Source of the DNA: Bugula neritina
Lineage: Eukaryota; Animalia; Bryozoa
Direction of reading: 5' to 3'
Length of the DNA stretch: 64,000 bases
NCBI GenBank assembly: GCA_964035545.1
Contig: OZ037771.1
Span: forward strand, 3,297,628 to 3,361,627
Numbering within the stretch: the first letter of the stretch is position 1; each line of letters opens with the position of its first letter. Below are positions 27,654 through 37,725 of this stretch, one piece after another. The notes beneath the pieces are model-generated. The model saw only the letters and a list, made by a program, of their open reading frames with translations. It was not told the origin of the DNA and did no database searches. The position numbers and the translations under genes are program-made.

Positions 27654-27992
27654 CTAAAACAATGTTTGGTGAATTTCCTCTAATTTTTTCAGCTGCTCTC
27701 CACTTATTCTGTAGTTGCCTTTGTTGGAAAAGAGTCTTCGGCTATATTCATCCCGTGAGATTCCATACATCTTCAATTGTTTGTCTGTTAATCGGGGATT
27801 TTTGAAAAACCTTCCTTTAATGAAGTAGCCGAACCCAGTATCAGCGAGTGTCTTCATAGTTGATTCAATTCGAAGTCCAAGGCCTTTTTCGTGGTTTTTG
27901 GAGCTGATACAATAGCGCACTTGAGTGATGTTGACAGCTTTCCCATGAGAACACAATATTCGTTGAACTAGTAATTGTTGACTTAGGCTTTC
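27654..27992 (-). CDS. Variable terminal exon 7: winged-helix-like domain, subfamily C
   Basis: Acceptor ctttgtag|GAA, phase 0; ESLSQQLLVQRILC...MKTLADTGFG...FFKNP. Confidence 0.8.
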   Translation of the reverse strand, partial: ESLSQQLLVQRILCSHGKAVNITQVRYCISSKNHEKGLGLRIESTMKTLADTGFGYFIKGRFFKNPRLTDKQLKMYGISRDEYSRRLFSNKGNYRISGEQLKKLEEIHQTLF

Positions 27993-28343
27993 CTACAAAG
28001 TGACACACTCAACTTTACATAGGCCTATAATTTACAGTATGGTCTTTATAGACAGTGTATAGCTATATTTGTATATTGAAAAACAGACTCCTTTTGCTCA
28101 ATTTTACATGGAAGTGTGAATATTTTATTTATTTCAGTGTTAGGCCAGTAGTATTTTCATAACCTATTGACGAAAATGGAAAACTAAGAACTTCATGATA
28201 TAAACTATATTGATGATTGAAAAATAAAATTTATTGTACATACGAGTTACATCATATGAACTCAAATTTATACATAAAATACATACCACTACACGCTGAT
28301 ACAATGAAATATGATTTACATTACCAAATTAGAAAATTTGAAC

Positions 28344-28718
28344 TTATATTTGGGCTGATTCACACCATGCCGATTCTGGTATTCCTAATACCAACAAAGT
28401 ACTCTTACAAAATGAATTGAGGGTATTCCACTTGTTTCTATAAAATGACACTTTTTTAGTTCTACCCTTTGCAACTCTACCAAACCCAATACTTGCAACT
28501 CTATACAAAAAGTTCTTCGCATTAGTTGCAGTGTACACTTTTTTTCCCAGTTCATTACGATCAAATGGACAATAGTGTAACTGCTGAATTCTAGTATGGG
28601 TTATCGCAATAACCGTATCGTCCATTGTAAGCAACCGTTTGATTTGGTATGCGAAATCTTTAACAAAATCTGCATCACTCATTGACAATATTTCTGATTC
28701 TTGTTGGATATTCAGTCT
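28344..28718 (-). CDS. Variable terminal exon 6: winged-helix-like domain, subfamily B
   Basis: Acceptor tgttccag|AGA, phase 0; YQIKRLLTMDD..ITHTRIQQ...ASIGFG; paralogue of exon 5. Confidence 0.8.
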   Translation of the reverse strand, partial: RLNIQQESEILSMSDADFVKDFAYQIKRLLTMDDTVIAITHTRIQQLHYCPFDRNELGKKVYTATNAKNFLYRVASIGFGRVAKGRTKKVSFYRNKWNTLNSFCKSTLLVLGIPESAWCESAQI

Positions 28719-29199
28719 CTGGAACAAAGTGCAAAAATTAAGACGTACAGAGCTGACACAGCACTGGACATGTGAAATTTTCATTGTAAGTCAGTTTCTT
28801 TGATTGTGAAATTTTAAACTTAATGACCAGTGCTTAAATTATGGCACCAAGTTACAAATAGTATTTTAAAAATGAGTTTAAGTCATTATATCAAGTGGAA
28901 TAAATATGAATAGCATGATTTCAACCAGCAAATAAATAATTATTGGGTCTTTATAGACGGTGTATACATTACAACTAAGTGTTAATCAGGAAACCCGCGT
29001 TCTATGAATAATTCACTAGAATTTAAATTGATCAACTGTATGTAATCAAAACTTATTATAATTGAAGACAGACTCGAGAATAGTGATTGAGAAATTTTAT
29101 TATGCGACCATATTAGTTTTGTGAAATATATACATATCTTAAAATTACAGCCATTAAATTCTATACAATAGGTTATTAACCAAAATTTCAAGGAAGAAT

Positions 29200-29574
29200 T
29201 TACGACAAAGCAGAAACCATCCACATAGACTCAGAAATTGCTAATGCTGCCAGAGTGTTTCTACAGAATGAGTTTAGATTTAACCACTTATTTCTATAAA
29301 ATGTTACTCTTTTTGTCTCACTCATGGAAACTGTGCCAAACCCAATACTAGCAATTCTACATAAAAAGCTTTTGGCTAAGGTAGCTGTAAAAACTTTCTT
29401 CCCTTTTTCGTTCCGTTCAAACGGACAAAAGCGAAATTGCTGAATTCTAGTGTGAGTTATCGCTGAGACAGTGTCATCCATTGTCAACAATCGCTTGATT
29501 TGATAGGCATAGCTTTTAACAAAGTCAGTATCACTCATTGACATTATTCCAGGTGGCTGATGGATTTTTACTTT
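29200..29574 (-). CDS. Variable terminal exon 5: winged-helix-like domain, subfamily B
   Basis: Acceptor ttttttag|AAA, phase 0. Confidence 0.8.
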   Translation of the reverse strand, partial: KVKIHQPPGIMSMSDTDFVKSYAYQIKRLLTMDDTVSAITHTRIQQFRFCPFERNEKGKKVFTATLAKSFLCRIASIGFGTVSMSETKRVTFYRNKWLNLNSFCRNTLAALAISESMWMVSALS

Positions 29575-29741
29575 CTAAAAAAACGAAATTATCTTTACAG
29601 ATTGAGAATAGAAGCCAAGAATCACATGTATCACATAAAAATATATTGACCCGAGACCATTAAATAAAAATTCAAACAAAGTTATGATGTACAAAATAGT
29701 GGTACCTAAGAAAATTCAAGAGCTGTAATACCATAACACTA

Positions 29742-30532
29742 CTAGGTGACCATATGCACATCTGGCATACCAGATTTTTCTTGTTCTAGACGACGAACAC
29801 GTTTCCAAAAGTATTCAAGCCAGCCTAAAATTATATTAAACACTAAAAGCAGTTGGTCTTTATTGCAGCAGACATGATATTATCTTGGAAATTTAGAACC
29901 ATATTATTATATTGTAAACATTACAGCCATGTCTGACCAAACTCACCATTTGAAGCTTTAAAAGTGTGATAGCCCAACTGTTGTGCGACTTCTTTTGCTT
30001 TAGTTTGAATTCCAACTCCTGTTGGAGTTTTCCCGGACGCTTTAAATGCCCAGTACCAATCAAGTATAGCAGCATTAATTTCAGCGTATGCATTTGATTT
30101 TAAAAGTCTCTGTTTTTTAGTGATGAAAGGATTGGAAAACCTAAACCATTCAGCCATTATTTTGTGCTTATTCTGGACAATGTTAGTTATTGTAAATTTG
30201 CTTTGACCATACTGTAGGCACAGAGCTTTTATTGATACACCACTGTCGTGAAGCTGGCAGCATTGAAACTTTTGTTCTAATGATAGTACTGTTGAAGATG
30301 GCTTGGTGTATGTATCTTTCATTTTCAGAGATGACATAACTCTTGATTGTTCAAGTGTAGTGGCACTCATAGAATCACCAACTTTAGATTTCAAAGCAAT
30401 GTCCTGATTAGAAGACGAATCAGCTGATTTCATGCCAAACCAATTGATGGAGTTATCTTCATTCATAGTTCTTTCATGATGTAGTAAACCATCGCCATGT
30501 GTGCTCAAAGGTGACTCATGCGAATTAAAGCT
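29742..30532 (-). CDS. Variable cassette 4 (two exons, 30532-29947 and 29824-29742): CENP-B/pogo-type psq HTH + Tc5 HTH DNA-binding domain
   Basis: Phase-0 acceptor cactgtag|AGC; LSLEQK..HDSGVSIKALCLQYGQSKFTITNIVQNK; splicing restores FKASNG|WLEYFWKR; no DDE domain follows. Confidence 0.85.
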
Positions 30533-30683
30533 CTACAGTGAATTAGTATGCCAGGTTGTTTATATAGAACTAATTTCGATATGCCCACTATAGAGGCTGT
30601 TTTGATGCCAAGAAAATAGGGAGGGGTGCTTTGTGATACATGTGATTCACAATAATCTAGTTAACACTGTTTTATAATTTCAC

Positions 30684-30716
30684 CACCTGTCTATAAAGAC
30701 CAAAACTGATTTCGCA
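30684..30716 (-). promoter_or_regulatory. Putative intronic RNA docking site
   Basis: Plus-strand CACCTGTCTATAAAGACCAAAACTGATTTCGCA; partial reverse complements at 29850, 28945, 28040, 27519, 26969, 25897 and 24094. Confidence 0.75.
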
Positions 30717-31132
30717 TTTTATGTTAAATGAAAACATGAAGGTTAGATTGATATTGAAAATTATATGAACTTGACTACCCATAGATTTACAATCGTTTGT
30801 AAATCTATAAGTTAAAAAACAGCTCGTAATTATTTGAAATATACAAGGATAATTCATTGCCATACCATGGCTTTAAAATAAAAATGTAACCAAGTCATAG
30901 ATAGTTCGCATAGTTTATACCACATCCAGCGTCATTTGCAATGTTGTGCCGGACATATAACTACATTTCTTAATAAAAAAAACACGCTACATTTTCAAAG
31001 CGACCGCAGAGTAATTGGCAAATTTATTATTTACAATTTTATTACAAAAAAAGATGTGAAAGTACATTAAAATATTTATTACAAAAATGAGGACTAGAAA
31101 ATCTGAAAAGCCATCCAAAAAGGCAATTGAAA

Positions 31133-31498
31133 TCAAAATACATAACTCTTCTTTTGCTTCCCAATTAAAAGTGGCCATAGCAATTGAAACCACCGAAGAT
31201 GAGATTTACTAGTGAAAGAAGCATCCAGCTCAGATCCACTTTGCGATTTCACTGCTCGGTTTACAATTCGAAGACAGTACTTAAACTTGTTACGTATTCT
31301 GTCCAGGCATTGGTGAGGACTATGTGGATGCTTGAGTAAGAATTCTTTAAGAACAGATTCATATGTTTGAGTAGTTCCAGTATAGTTTACTTCTGTTATA
31401 AGTTTCTTTCGATAAGCCTCATTAGATGTTATGATTGAGACCAAATCATTGACTTCTTCTAGCGACCAAGAAAGCTTTTGACATAGCTCCATATCAAT
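31133..31498 (-). CDS. Variable terminal exon 3: MADF/Myb-SANT-like (trihelix) domain
   Basis: Acceptor aattctag|ATT, phase 0; WSLEEVNDLV...YESV...RIRNKFKY...RWFQLL. Confidence 0.75.
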   Translation of the reverse strand: MDMELCQKLSWSLEEVNDLVSIITSNEAYRKKLITEVNYTGTTQTYESVLKEFLLKHPHSPHQCLDRIRNKFKYCLRIVNRAVKSQSGSELDASFTSKSHLRWFQLLWPLLIGKQKKSYVF

Positions 31499-32485
31499 CT
31501 AGAATTTCATGTAGATGGTTTATAAACGCATATCACCAAGCAACAGATTATGAGCTTACCATACAAAATCTCAGTAAAACAAAAAACATGTTCATTACGA
31601 GTTAGTTAGCTTGAAATACAAATTTGAACAAGTTTGAAAAACCATTATCAAACTCTATGCAACATAGGACAAAAAGCACAGTTGAGTGGACAGACAACTG
31701 CCTAACAGTGAACCTTTTCACAAATATTTTTATATTCAAAAATTTGTGCTTTACTGTTTGACTAAGTTGCAGTCAGCATATACATAGACAATGGATGCAT
31801 AAGCACAGTAATAGCTATAAACAAGTAATATAGTCTGGAAAACATGGCATAGAAAAAGTTTGGAGCACTTTGGCACACATGCTGATACAAATTATAAAAG
31901 TTTCAATTGAAAATTTTACCAAATTCCTAAATTCGATTGACAAGACTATGGCTAAAAATCTACTTACTTTGTGTACCAAATCTTGAGCATATCCCAGCAC
32001 AGTTCTTGAATGGTTAAGCACCATTTCATGGAAGTCCAAGTATTTGTAGACTATGCAGTATATACAGTATAGCTTTGCCATCGCGAAATTCATTTTGGGC
32101 GAAAACGACTAGGGTGTGGTATAAACTATGCTCGTTAAACAGTTGTCTGCCCATTAACAGACTGCTGCCCAGCCTTTGAGCTCTAAGTATTGCCAAAACA
32201 AACTATAGTTAGCATAGTTACTATAGCTGAAAATAGTACTGGCATTCCAATATTCAAAAATACTTTACACAATGGGGGACATTGTCTAGAGCATAGCTCA
32301 GAAGTAATGCCTACACTGCAGAAAATGAAGAGAGAGCAAGCATAAGAAATTGGGTAGTAAGAAATTATTTGTGGTAATATTGTTCTGGTGATCTTAATTT
32401 CTGGTAAACTTGAAGTCAACCATTTAATACTACATTCAGGTTTATTAGGTGAAAAATATGTAAAAAGTTCATTTTATAAAAAAAA

Positions 32486-32794
32486 CTACTGTAAACATCG
32501 AACACAAAACTCATTTAAGTCATCATGTAGACGGAATAAGATTTGTCCTTTTTGACCTTTTCGTATGGTACCGAAACCTGCACCAGTCATGCAGAGTAAA
32601 AACTGTAATGATCTGTTTCTTTTATGTTTCCCTTGACCATCCCGAGGACAGAACTTTCCCACGGTGAGGTCTCTTAGAGTCAATTCTCTACCCATATTTT
32701 CTAAACTTCTTGCTTTGTTCACAATTCGCTTCACGTGGGCTTTATACTTGCCAAATAAATCATCTTTTAGAAAATCTCCAAAATCTTCATTAAC
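32486..32794 (-). CDS. Variable terminal exon 2: winged-helix-like domain, subfamily A
   Basis: Acceptor tttcttag|GTT, phase 0; KDDLFGKYKAHVKRIV...FLLCMTGAGFG. Confidence 0.78.
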   Translation of the reverse strand, partial: VNEDFGDFLKDDLFGKYKAHVKRIVNKARSLENMGRELTLRDLTVGKFCPRDGQGKHKRNRSLQFLLCMTGAGFGTIRKGQKGQILFRLHDDLNEFCVRCLQ

Positions 32795-35036
32795 CTAAGA
32801 AAATGTGCAACTTGAATATAGTCAGAAACATCAATTTCATAATGAAACATGGATAAACTTGACTTCTGGATACAAGCCTACTATTGGTATAACTTAAACG
32901 AATCAGGCGACGTATTAGTTTTATAACTTATAACTTACACTAAACATGCAACAGTACTATTACCATGGCTTACATTGAGAGCAGATTGAATATTCACTAT
33001 CTAATTGCACAACATTATTGAGTCAAGGTAGAGTCATGAAAGCATAAAGATCAACTTCCAATCAATCCAAAATTATATTACTAAAAACTTTTGGCACAAA
33101 CATTTACCATTATTGTACAACAAGCAGGGAACAATAAATCATCTGCCCAATTATTTCACCCAGAACAAATTCAAATGTTGACTTTTCATAACAAAAACAT
33201 TCTTTTCATATGCTAATTAATTGACTGATGGATGATAAATTTTACTGTATCAATTAAAATTTACAATGTTTCTAGGTTAAATCAAAATCACTCTACAATT
33301 GATATTACAACAACTACACCACTTTAAAACTGCCTTTGGAAATTGCATTGCAAAGAGTTGCCAACACAAGGAAAGCATGTCACCATCTGAAATAGACTTT
33401 TATCACAGTGAAATATTAAAGGGTATATGCCCCCCCCCCCCCCCCCCCGTAAAATTGCTGACAGTTTGAAGAAAGCTATCAGTGGTCTCAACTTTCTATT
33501 TATTAATAAAAATTGAGATTCCTACATGGATTAGAGTATTGACTTGACGCTCAACAACTTTGCATTGTTCTCGAGGAAAGGTTAGCAAGTTTTCGCCAAC
33601 AGCTAGAGTAATTGTTGGGCACCAGAACGTATTACATGAGAAGCAATAATACATTGCATAGAGGAACACAACTCCTTAGGCAAGCAGGCAGTTTCACAAA
33701 TTCATCCGAATTGAACAAACATTTTCAGTTATAGACTTTAAAGCTGCTGATAAGATGCATATAGTAAGTGCCTATCTACCCTATCTAATACATAAGTTGC
33801 CCATCCTATTCCAAGTGACAGATTCTTACAGAAGCCATCAATTACAATATTTAAAGTAATTTAATATAATGTATACACACAGCTGTACATAAACAAATAG
33901 ACCCACACAAATAAAACCACAACTAATCAACAGTGTAATCATACATACAGCCATTACCATTCATATTTTCCTTACCTGATCCAACAGCAGCCACCAGCTT
34001 TGAGTATTCCAAGTTTTTCCACCAGTTATCACATTTCCTCAATATTTTTTGCAGTCAACCCACGGTTTCACTAGCAACTAGTGTTTATTAGCAGCAACAA
34101 CTTCAGTGTTTCCAAATATGTCACAGACTCTGCTTGAGATCATTTACTTTGAAATGTTCATATTGCAGGTACAAATAATAACACTATTGAAATACACAAG
34201 TAAAAATAGCATCTTGTAAATTGATGAGTAATATGAAAAAACATCCACTAGCAATAAGACGAAAAGCCACAAAACCTTAGGGGAACTTCACTACTACTAC
34301 TAACAGAAATCTCAATCTTATCACAAACATAAAAAAATGCTATATAAAAATCATGAATAAGAATTTGTCCACTCTTTAATACACTGAGCAGTAGTTCATC
34401 CCCACAGCAGTTAGCAGGTGAACGTATAAGAAGTTGAGACCACCGATTTCCTATGTTATGCTGTCTAGGTTACTTGAGTGTTAAGTGAAGGCAGTTATAT
34501 TGCCCACGCAGTGAAGAAGATGGCATTTAGAGACAGTTTAGATGCAGTATGAGGAGACATTGCACAGTGAAAACGCGAGAGTATATCCTGGGTAACACCG
34601 AAGTGGTACTCTATGAATATTGGAATGCCAACACAGCATTTTCACACTAACAGTGAAGTGGCCAGCAGCACTGGTGGTAGAAGAACTAGAAAGTCAAAGC
34701 ACTTTCTCATTTTTTAATTGAGAAAACTTCCTCAATTTGAAGAAGTGAAAATGAGTTTCTAGTACTTTTAACCACAAACTGCAGAAATCACACTGACTTG
34801 CTAGAGATGATGAGCTACGAATATGTATATTATATATTTTTAGAGCGAACAATCAAAACAAATAAATATATTAAATTTGATTTCAGGTTTCAATGGAAAA
34901 ATATTAAAAATCTGTGAGTCGGTATAAGTTTATACAATGTTTTGATTGGCGGTCATTAAATTATCAACTTCATATTACAAATCATGATATAAAAACCAGT
35001 CTGCCTGATTGACGACATAAGTGGCTAGCTAAGCGG

Positions 35037-35330
35037 TTACCCTATATCCTTCGAGTTAGTGAGTGTTTTTATGGTAGGTTTTGACCATACTCGGGTGGAC
35101 ACGATGGTAACACCGTGCTGACGCTTCAAGTGATTTATCATGTTACTTGTATTACCACCAGTGGACTTAATAACTTGTCTACAAGCTCTACAGACTGTAA
35201 AATCTCTGGAATTCTCCACAGACCCTTCTGCCAAAGTTTCAAAATATTTCCAAACCTCACTTCTAAAAGGGCGCGGAACTGTTTTATGCAGCTGAGTTGC
35301 TGGATTGGTGAGGTTACAAGAGTTCCGACT
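35037..35330 (-). CDS. Variable terminal exon 1: BED zinc finger
   Basis: Acceptor cttttcag|AGT, phase 0; RSEVWKYF...CRAC..VIKSTGGNTSNMINHLKRQH. Confidence 0.88.
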   Translation of the reverse strand, partial: SRNSCNLTNPATQLHKTVPRPFRSEVWKYFETLAEGSVENSRDFTVCRACRQVIKSTGGNTSNMINHLKRQHGVTIVSTRVWSKPTIKTLTNSKDIG

Positions 35331-35671
35331 CTGAAAAGACCAGATTCACGCGTCAACGAGCTGAGAAAGCAAATTCTCTTCACATCGGCTCATAACCTTC
35401 CTTGCAGGACTAAACACAGAACTCGTGCTTCCACATTGGTCGGGTATGCAAATTAACCTTCATTTGAGTAGCGAAAAGAAACACCACAAGTTTTTGTTGT
35501 CTTTTTTTTAGAAAAAAGGGGAATAAGGAATCTGAGGCCTCTCGAAGTCAGTGTGATTTGATAAGCATTGCAATGTGTAGCAACTTGAACCTTCAGAAAA
35601 TGCTCAGCCAGTTGGTGAACGTTCAAATTGTCACACGTTCCAATTTAAGAAAGAATGACATAAACACAAAC

Positions 35672-37725
35672 CTTTTGGCTAGACTGGCTAGGAGTAGGTT
35701 GAGAGTGGAACTGTGGACGATATATATGCTGATTGGGAGTCATACTGGGATAAGTCGACGAGATTGGCCCTGTGGGTATCTTTATTCCTGACAGCGGGCC
35801 CATAACAAAGTCTGGCCGTGACGGTGTTTCCTTTTTATACATGTGCTGCGGTGTGGAGGTGGTGGGAAGCGGGTTGATTGATTGTGAGGGTGTCATGGTT
35901 TGACTGTTGAATATGTTCATCATGGAGTCGATACTGGGGTCAGAGGGAGGAAAAACTACATCTACAAATGAAAGCATAAAAAGTGTATCAATTGTATGCA
36001 GCTTGGCTAAGGTTTACGATGAGCAAAGGTGTTAGCAATCATACATTAAAGAAACAGTAACATCAAAAGCTGTTGGGGAGCATCGTAAATAATTCTAAGA
36101 ATTAGAAAAACCTGGCGAAAGCAATGGAAGACCTACTAACCGGGCAATACATTCATATCCAGTTCTTTGTTGCGACTTGCACCATCTTGTTCCCCGACTT
36201 CCACCTTGATCTCTAGAATATCTGGGTCAAACTCGAATGGCTGTTGTTCAGTTGGGTCGTCCGAAGGTCGTTGTTCTGATTCCGAGTCTCGTTCCGTCTC
36301 AGGTTCATCCTACAGCAGAATGTAAGAGAAATACAGAAATTGGACGTTGTTTGGTTGTATGCAGTACCGACAGCCACATGAAGAAGTAAAGTGCTTGCGG
36401 TAACTCACCTTATTGGGTACATCTTCAAAGTCGAGTCCAGAGGGAGTTTCCGAGTCCTTATCAACAACAGGGGGGATATCAATGTAGCCCGGGCTGGCCA
36501 TCTCAGAGTCAAACTCCAAGCTAGCCGGCTCCATCGACACTATGTTAGAGTCCGCAGGATTGGTCTAATAAACAGGAAGTAAAAGAAGACTAACCAGACA
36601 TGTCTTACTAGACTCTAGAAAGAAAGACATGATGAAATGGCAAAGTTAAAAAATAGAACACAGCAGATAGAAATATTTATGATATCACATCATATGACTC
36701 ATGGTAATTATTTTTTGAAAACCAACTTTTGTTTCAACAGATTACTAGTCGAAAACTAAAGTAATGAGAGTCAAGGGTTTTAATTTAGTGCTAAACATGT
36801 CTGAAACAACAACATACAGCAGTCGATGTCATTATACAAAGGCGATGTGCTTACAGTGAGTGTAGGCATGCTGGAGGTAGCCACAGGTGTGGAAGTATTG
36901 TTTGATGAGGCTTGACTAGATGTTGGATTGCTGAGAGAAAAACCCGCCTTTAAGGGGGGCGGCACAGGAGGCGCCGAGAGTAGCACAGCCGACTGTGAGT
37001 CTGGATCTGAATCTACAAAGGAAAGACATGTATTTAAATCTGATAGGCTTTAAACTCCAAGAAAATGTTCACCTGGGAACACATACAGGTTAGCAGATAA
37101 TGGTGAGCACTTGACAGTACCTTCATTACGTGGGTGAGTGGTGCTAGAAACCCGTTTCGGTGCATTGACTTTACGCTTCTTGGTGTGAGATCTGAAATCT
37201 TGAGACATTATGCAGATGTGTTTGTGGTGCTCCATCTCGTGTGAGTAGAAGGCTTTATACTGACACTTATCACACTCAAAGTACCAGCTGAGTTTCTGAA
37301 TATAGCCGTCATGTGGCAGAGTCATGTCAGTGTGTTTGTGTCCATTAGGGTGCATCGACTCGACTATCTGTTGAAGAATATGACGCAGGGCTATCGAGAG
37401 GTTATGCTCTCCTGCAGTGTGCTACAAAAGAGGTAAAATGACAGTCGAAGAAAGGTATGTAGAGGCATGCTGATTAGATGAACTATAATTTCATTTCATT
37501 TCTACCAGAAACGTAAGCAAAACACATGTAATTATTACTACAATAACTTGTACTAGTTTTAAATACAGATGTGTGGGCTTGCATAAAACTAACAGAGAAC
37601 ATTATCGCATTGTTTTCATATTCAATAAAAAAAAATACATGAATTCTATCAAGTAACCAGAAGCTACTATAAAATATCACACCAGTTTTTATAGACATAC
37701 AAAAGGAAAAACTTACCACAACCAT
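35672..37725 (-). CDS. Common N-terminal exons (361 aa) of a putative multi-isoform transcription factor
   Basis: Exons 37725-37717, 37421-37121, 37012-36855, 36564-36409, 36309-36141 and 35961-35672 join in frame. They encode one zinc-finger-like motif (FECDKCQY..HHKHIC), a KKRK NLS-like motif, an IKVE SUMO consensus and an S/P/acidic disordered region, and end at the phase-0 donor AAG|GTTTGT. Confidence 0.8.

Noticed and set aside
29921-30508. Autonomous Tigger/pogo transposon
   Set aside because: Only the DNA-binding part is present; no DDE domain or TIRs
21924-32876. 11-nt inverted match TGTATCCAGAA / TTCTGGATACA
   Set aside because: Too short for an 11-kb separation, and no cassette follows the distal arm
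33976-34690. Possible extra cassettes between variable exons 1 and 2
   Set aside because: Candidate acceptors or donors give early stops and no domain-like sequence
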